Shown: one piece after another, positions 61,135-64,000 of the stretch
How the letters are laid out: each line of letters opens with the position of its first letter
Numbering within the stretch: the first letter of the stretch is position 1
The notes under the pieces: generated by a model
Seen by the model: only the letters and a program-made list of their open reading frames with translations
Databases searched by the model: none
Told to the model about the DNA's origin: nothing
Translations under genes and position numbers: made by a program
Source: Fibrobacteria bacterium
Lineage (GTDB): Bacteria > Fibrobacterota > Chitinivibrionia > Chitinivibrionales > FEN-1185
Length of the DNA stretch: 64,000 nt
Assembly: GCA_037447435.1 (NCBI GenBank)
Contig: JBBIGR010000004.1
Coordinates: 1-64,000 of the forward strand
Direction of reading: 5' to 3'

Positions 61135-63120
61135 TTAGGCCAGCTCACCTTCTTCAAGCCATTTTTTGCGTTTGGCAACACGAAGAAATGCATCGACGAT
61201 TCCCGGATCGAACATAGACCCTTTGGCTTCAATAAGGCGTTTGACTGCCTCTTTTTTGCCAAGACTGTCCCGGTAGGGGCGATTCGAAGTCATCGCTTCG
61301 AACGCATCGGCGACGCGAATGATCCGCGCGCCGATCGGTATCGCTTCGGCTTTCAAACCGTCGGGATAGCCGGTTCCGTCGAAATTTTCATGATGGTATA
61401 AAATCAACTTGTAGAGGTCCTGTAAAAACGGAACGTCCTTTACGATGTTCGCACCCAGCGAGGAGTGGGTTTTCATGATGCCGTTGAATTCATCGTAAGT
61501 CAACGAGCCTTGCTTGTTAAGTATATTCCCGGGAATTCCGATCTTCCCGATGTCGTGCAAGAGCCCCGCGTCCCTGATGCTGCTCCCTTTTTTGCCTTCC
61601 ACGCCGATTTCGCGCGAAATTTCCTCGGCGATATTCATGACATTTTCCGAATGTCCGTGCGTATACGTATCTTTCGCATCAACGGCAATCGCAAGCGCCT
61701 TGATGGTGCGGATGTAATTTTCCTTCATGTCGTTGTACAATTTCGAATTAGTCAATGCAATACGCGTCTGACTGACGATGCTCGACAAAAGCGTCAGTTT
61801 TTCCTGTTTGTTCGAAATGTCTTTCATGGCCCCGAAATACATGGCGCCGTAATCGAAGGCCTCGCCTACCACGGGAACGATATAGGTAAAACCGAGGGGC
61901 AGCATGGTTTCGGGTGCGAATTCGGTCGAAGGCATCAATTGACGGAACGAGATCCGTTTCTGTTGAACCCTGCTGTGGGTCGCATGGTTGTATTCGACCA
62001 CTATTTCCGAACACACGGCCGCTATGTTTTGGGGCGAAAGGTCCCCGCGCGACCAATACAACAGCTCATGGCTCCGTTTCTGGACAATTAAAAAAGCGAT
62101 GACGTCTATATCGAAATGCTTCTGCACCGTCGAAAACAAACATTTTATCACGTCGCTTTCGTCAACCAATCCCATCAACTGTTCGGAATAATTGCTGATC
62201 AAAGACAATTCGTCGAGTTTTTGGCGGATGGACGACAATAAATTCGCGTTATTGATCGCGATGCCGGCTTGAGACGCGAGCATATTGACAATATTTAAAT
62301 CGACCGCAGAAAACACGTCTTTATTCGTACCGCGGTTCAAGTTGATGATGCCGATCACCTCGTCCGACACTTTCAACGGCACGCACAGGGACGACCCGAT
62401 TTCTTCCCGCAAAAGATCGATAGCGGCGTCCGCGAGCGCCTTGGGGTCCGACAACAACAAGGATTTCCCGTTTTTTACGACCCATTTTGAAATCGGCCAT
62501 TGGTCCGGATTGTTACACGAGGAGCGGATTTCCGAAATGCTTATTCCTTTTTTCCGGACGATTTCCAATTCGTTCGATTCTTTTCGAACAAGAATGATCG
62601 AACCGGTATCGGCCCTGGAAACCATCAAACAGTACTGAAACGTGACGTCAAGAAGCTCTTCGAGTTCATGCGTACTTGTCAATTTATGCGTGATATCGTG
62701 CAGCGAAACGAGTTGGGAAAGAAGCATGTTCTCCCGCACCAATTTCGTATTCTGCAAGGCCCTGCTCACTTTTTGCTGCAGCACGTCGAGACCGAATGGT
62801 TTTACTATATAGTCGAATGCGCCGCTTTGAATGGCTTCTATCGCCGTATTGATATCGGGATGGGCGGTCGTGACGATTACGGGCGTATTTGTCCCGTTTT
62901 TGCACGTTTGATTGAGGAATTGAATTCCATCCATCACCGGCATATGAATATCCAATATCACGCAATGCGGATGCAACTCATTGAATAGTTCGACCGCCTG
63001 GAGTCCGTTATATGCAAGAACGGTTTTATATCCGGAGTCGGAGAAAAATTTCGACAATGCATTGCAAAGCATTTGATCGTCATCAACGATCAATATTAAA
63101 TATTCTTCGTTACTGTCCAT
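61135..63120 (-). CDS. Receiver-GAF-HD-GYP cyclic di-GMP phosphodiesterase
   Basis: ILIVDDD, LDIHMP, YIVKP; GAF; DAKDTYTHGHS, LHDIGK, HHENFDGTGYP, VADAFEAM. Start 63120. Confidence 0.92.
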   Translation of the reverse strand: MDSNEEYLILIVDDDQMLCNALSKFFSDSGYKTVLAYNGLQAVELFNELHPHCVILDIHMPVMDGIQFLNQTCKNGTNTPVIVTTAHPDINTAIEAIQSGAFDYIVKPFGLDVLQQKVSRALQNTKLVRENMLLSQLVSLHDITHKLTSTHELEELLDVTFQYCLMVSRADTGSIILVRKESNELEIVRKKGISISEIRSSCNNPDQWPISKWVVKNGKSLLLSDPKALADAAIDLLREEIGSSLCVPLKVSDEVIGIINLNRGTNKDVFSAVDLNIVNMLASQAGIAINNANLLSSIRQKLDELSLISNYSEQLMGLVDESDVIKCLFSTVQKHFDIDVIAFLIVQKRSHELLYWSRGDLSPQNIAAVCSEIVVEYNHATHSRVQQKRISFRQLMPSTEFAPETMLPLGFTYIVPVVGEAFDYGAMYFGAMKDISNKQEKLTLLSSIVSQTRIALTNSKLYNDMKENYIRTIKALAIAVDAKDTYTHGHSENVMNIAEEISREIGVEGKKGSSIRDAGLLHDIGKIGIPGNILNKQGSLTYDEFNGIMKTHSSLGANIVKDVPFLQDLYKLILYHHENFDGTGYPDGLKAEAIPIGARIIRVADAFEAMTSNRPYRDSLGKKEAVKRLIEAKGSMFDPGIVDAFLRVAKRKKWLEEGELA

Positions 63121-63161
63121 TAGCCAACTAATTCTTTCGGGCAAAAGAAAAATCAGGGCTG

Positions 63162-64000
63162 TTATCGACGATACGTCAGGCCTATTTGATACGTTGCCGC
63201 CAACTCATGCAATGCATAGGAAGCATCGATACTTAAGGCATTTCGAAACAAGTTCACTCCGCAACCAAATGCAAATTTTTGTTCGGCACTCGATGCAGGG
63301 TTTTGAAAATTTCCCCCAACCCTGATTGCAAATATTTCCTTGATCAAATATTCTATCCCGATGCAACCAAGCAATGCCGATAGCGTCGAATTGCTCATCG
63401 ACGGCTTTTCACCGGGCATTTGGTTTGCCGTGGAGGAACTATTCGGACCATCGGTCTGATTATTGGATACCGTTGTCAAAAACGTTGCCGCATCTATGGC
63501 GTCGGCACCTTCATTACCGAGCAGATCCAGAGTCTTATATTGAATCTGAACCCTGCCGTAAATATACGGAAGATCTTTTTGCCAACCTGCGCCGAATCGA
63601 AGATGCGGATACGCGGTTTCGGAATAACTTGCCGACCATTTCGTGTATTGGGTTGTTATATTATCGCAAGCAAGGGATAACCGTATTCCGCTTGCGGGAA
63701 AATTTACCACCGCACCGGCGTCAAAGCCGATACTGTAGCCGCGATATTCATCAAAAGCGAGTCGTTGCCGCTGCGCATTGACGCTTATCCCGCCGGCAAG
63801 TTCGAGCAATTTTGACCGGTACAGTTTTCTCCCATAGCCGACGTGGAAATAAATATCAGAGTACGAAGAATTAAGCATTCTGGATTCGTCATATATCGGA
63901 ACTCCGTCCTGATCGACTAAAAGGTTTTGCGTTCCGAGAATATCCGGTACGTAAAGATAGCTCAACGAAACGCCGTAACCCGACAACGAATCGATGGGAC
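63162..64000 (-). CDS. PorV/PorQ-like beta-barrel, C-terminal part (5' end beyond window)
   Basis: GIEY...FAIRVG, FGCG, IDASY...HELAATYQIGL; the frame stays open to the window edge. Confidence 0.65.
   Translation of the reverse strand, partial: PIDSLSGYGVSLSYLYVPDILGTQNLLVDQDGVPIYDESRMLNSSYSDIYFHVGYGRKLYRSKLLELAGGISVNAQRQRLAFDEYRGYSIGFDAGAVVNFPASGIRLSLACDNITTQYTKWSASYSETAYPHLRFGAGWQKDLPYIYGRVQIQYKTLDLLGNEGADAIDAATFLTTVSNNQTDGPNSSSTANQMPGEKPSMSNSTLSALLGCIGIEYLIKEIFAIRVGGNFQNPASSAEQKFAFGCGVNLFRNALSIDASYALHELAATYQIGLTYRR

Overview
Bacterial chromosomal window. It is most likely from Fibrobacterota (Chitinivibrionia/Chitinispirillum-like), inferred from a fibro-slime domain, FlgD/T9SS-like C-terminal sorting domains, PorV-like barrels, a bat operon and flagellin-like genes. 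In order: an AT-rich accessory tip (truncated DUF4062-like remnant, class II Fic, MNT-HEPN fusion); aminopeptidase, tgt, dxs; two divergent flagellin-like genes; DUF218, PilZ, ispE, dGTPase; batA-E; signalling genes including a ParA-TM-LysM-like-M23 fusion and a Cys-rich GAF/PP2C phosphatase; a large secreted protein; a four-gene minor-pilin operon led by a PilX-CBM4-CBM32-fibro-slime protein; DUF5107 and GH3; a small glycosyltransferase cluster; PorV-like/cargo/beta-barrel genes; a parvulin; and an HD-GYP regulator. The most striking unannotated structure is the ~530-nt region upstream of the flagellin-like genes. A near-consensus sigma28 promoter precedes a leader with 16 GGA motifs (many in hairpin loops, five of them exact GGGGAAGC) and three copies of a 14-nt RBS module, two of which open 8-9-codon mini-ORFs. 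This looks like a built-in CsrA/RsmA sponge or decoy-RBS array. No rRNA, tRNA, CRISPR array or transposase was recognised. All domain calls come from motif recognition by eye, not from database searches.
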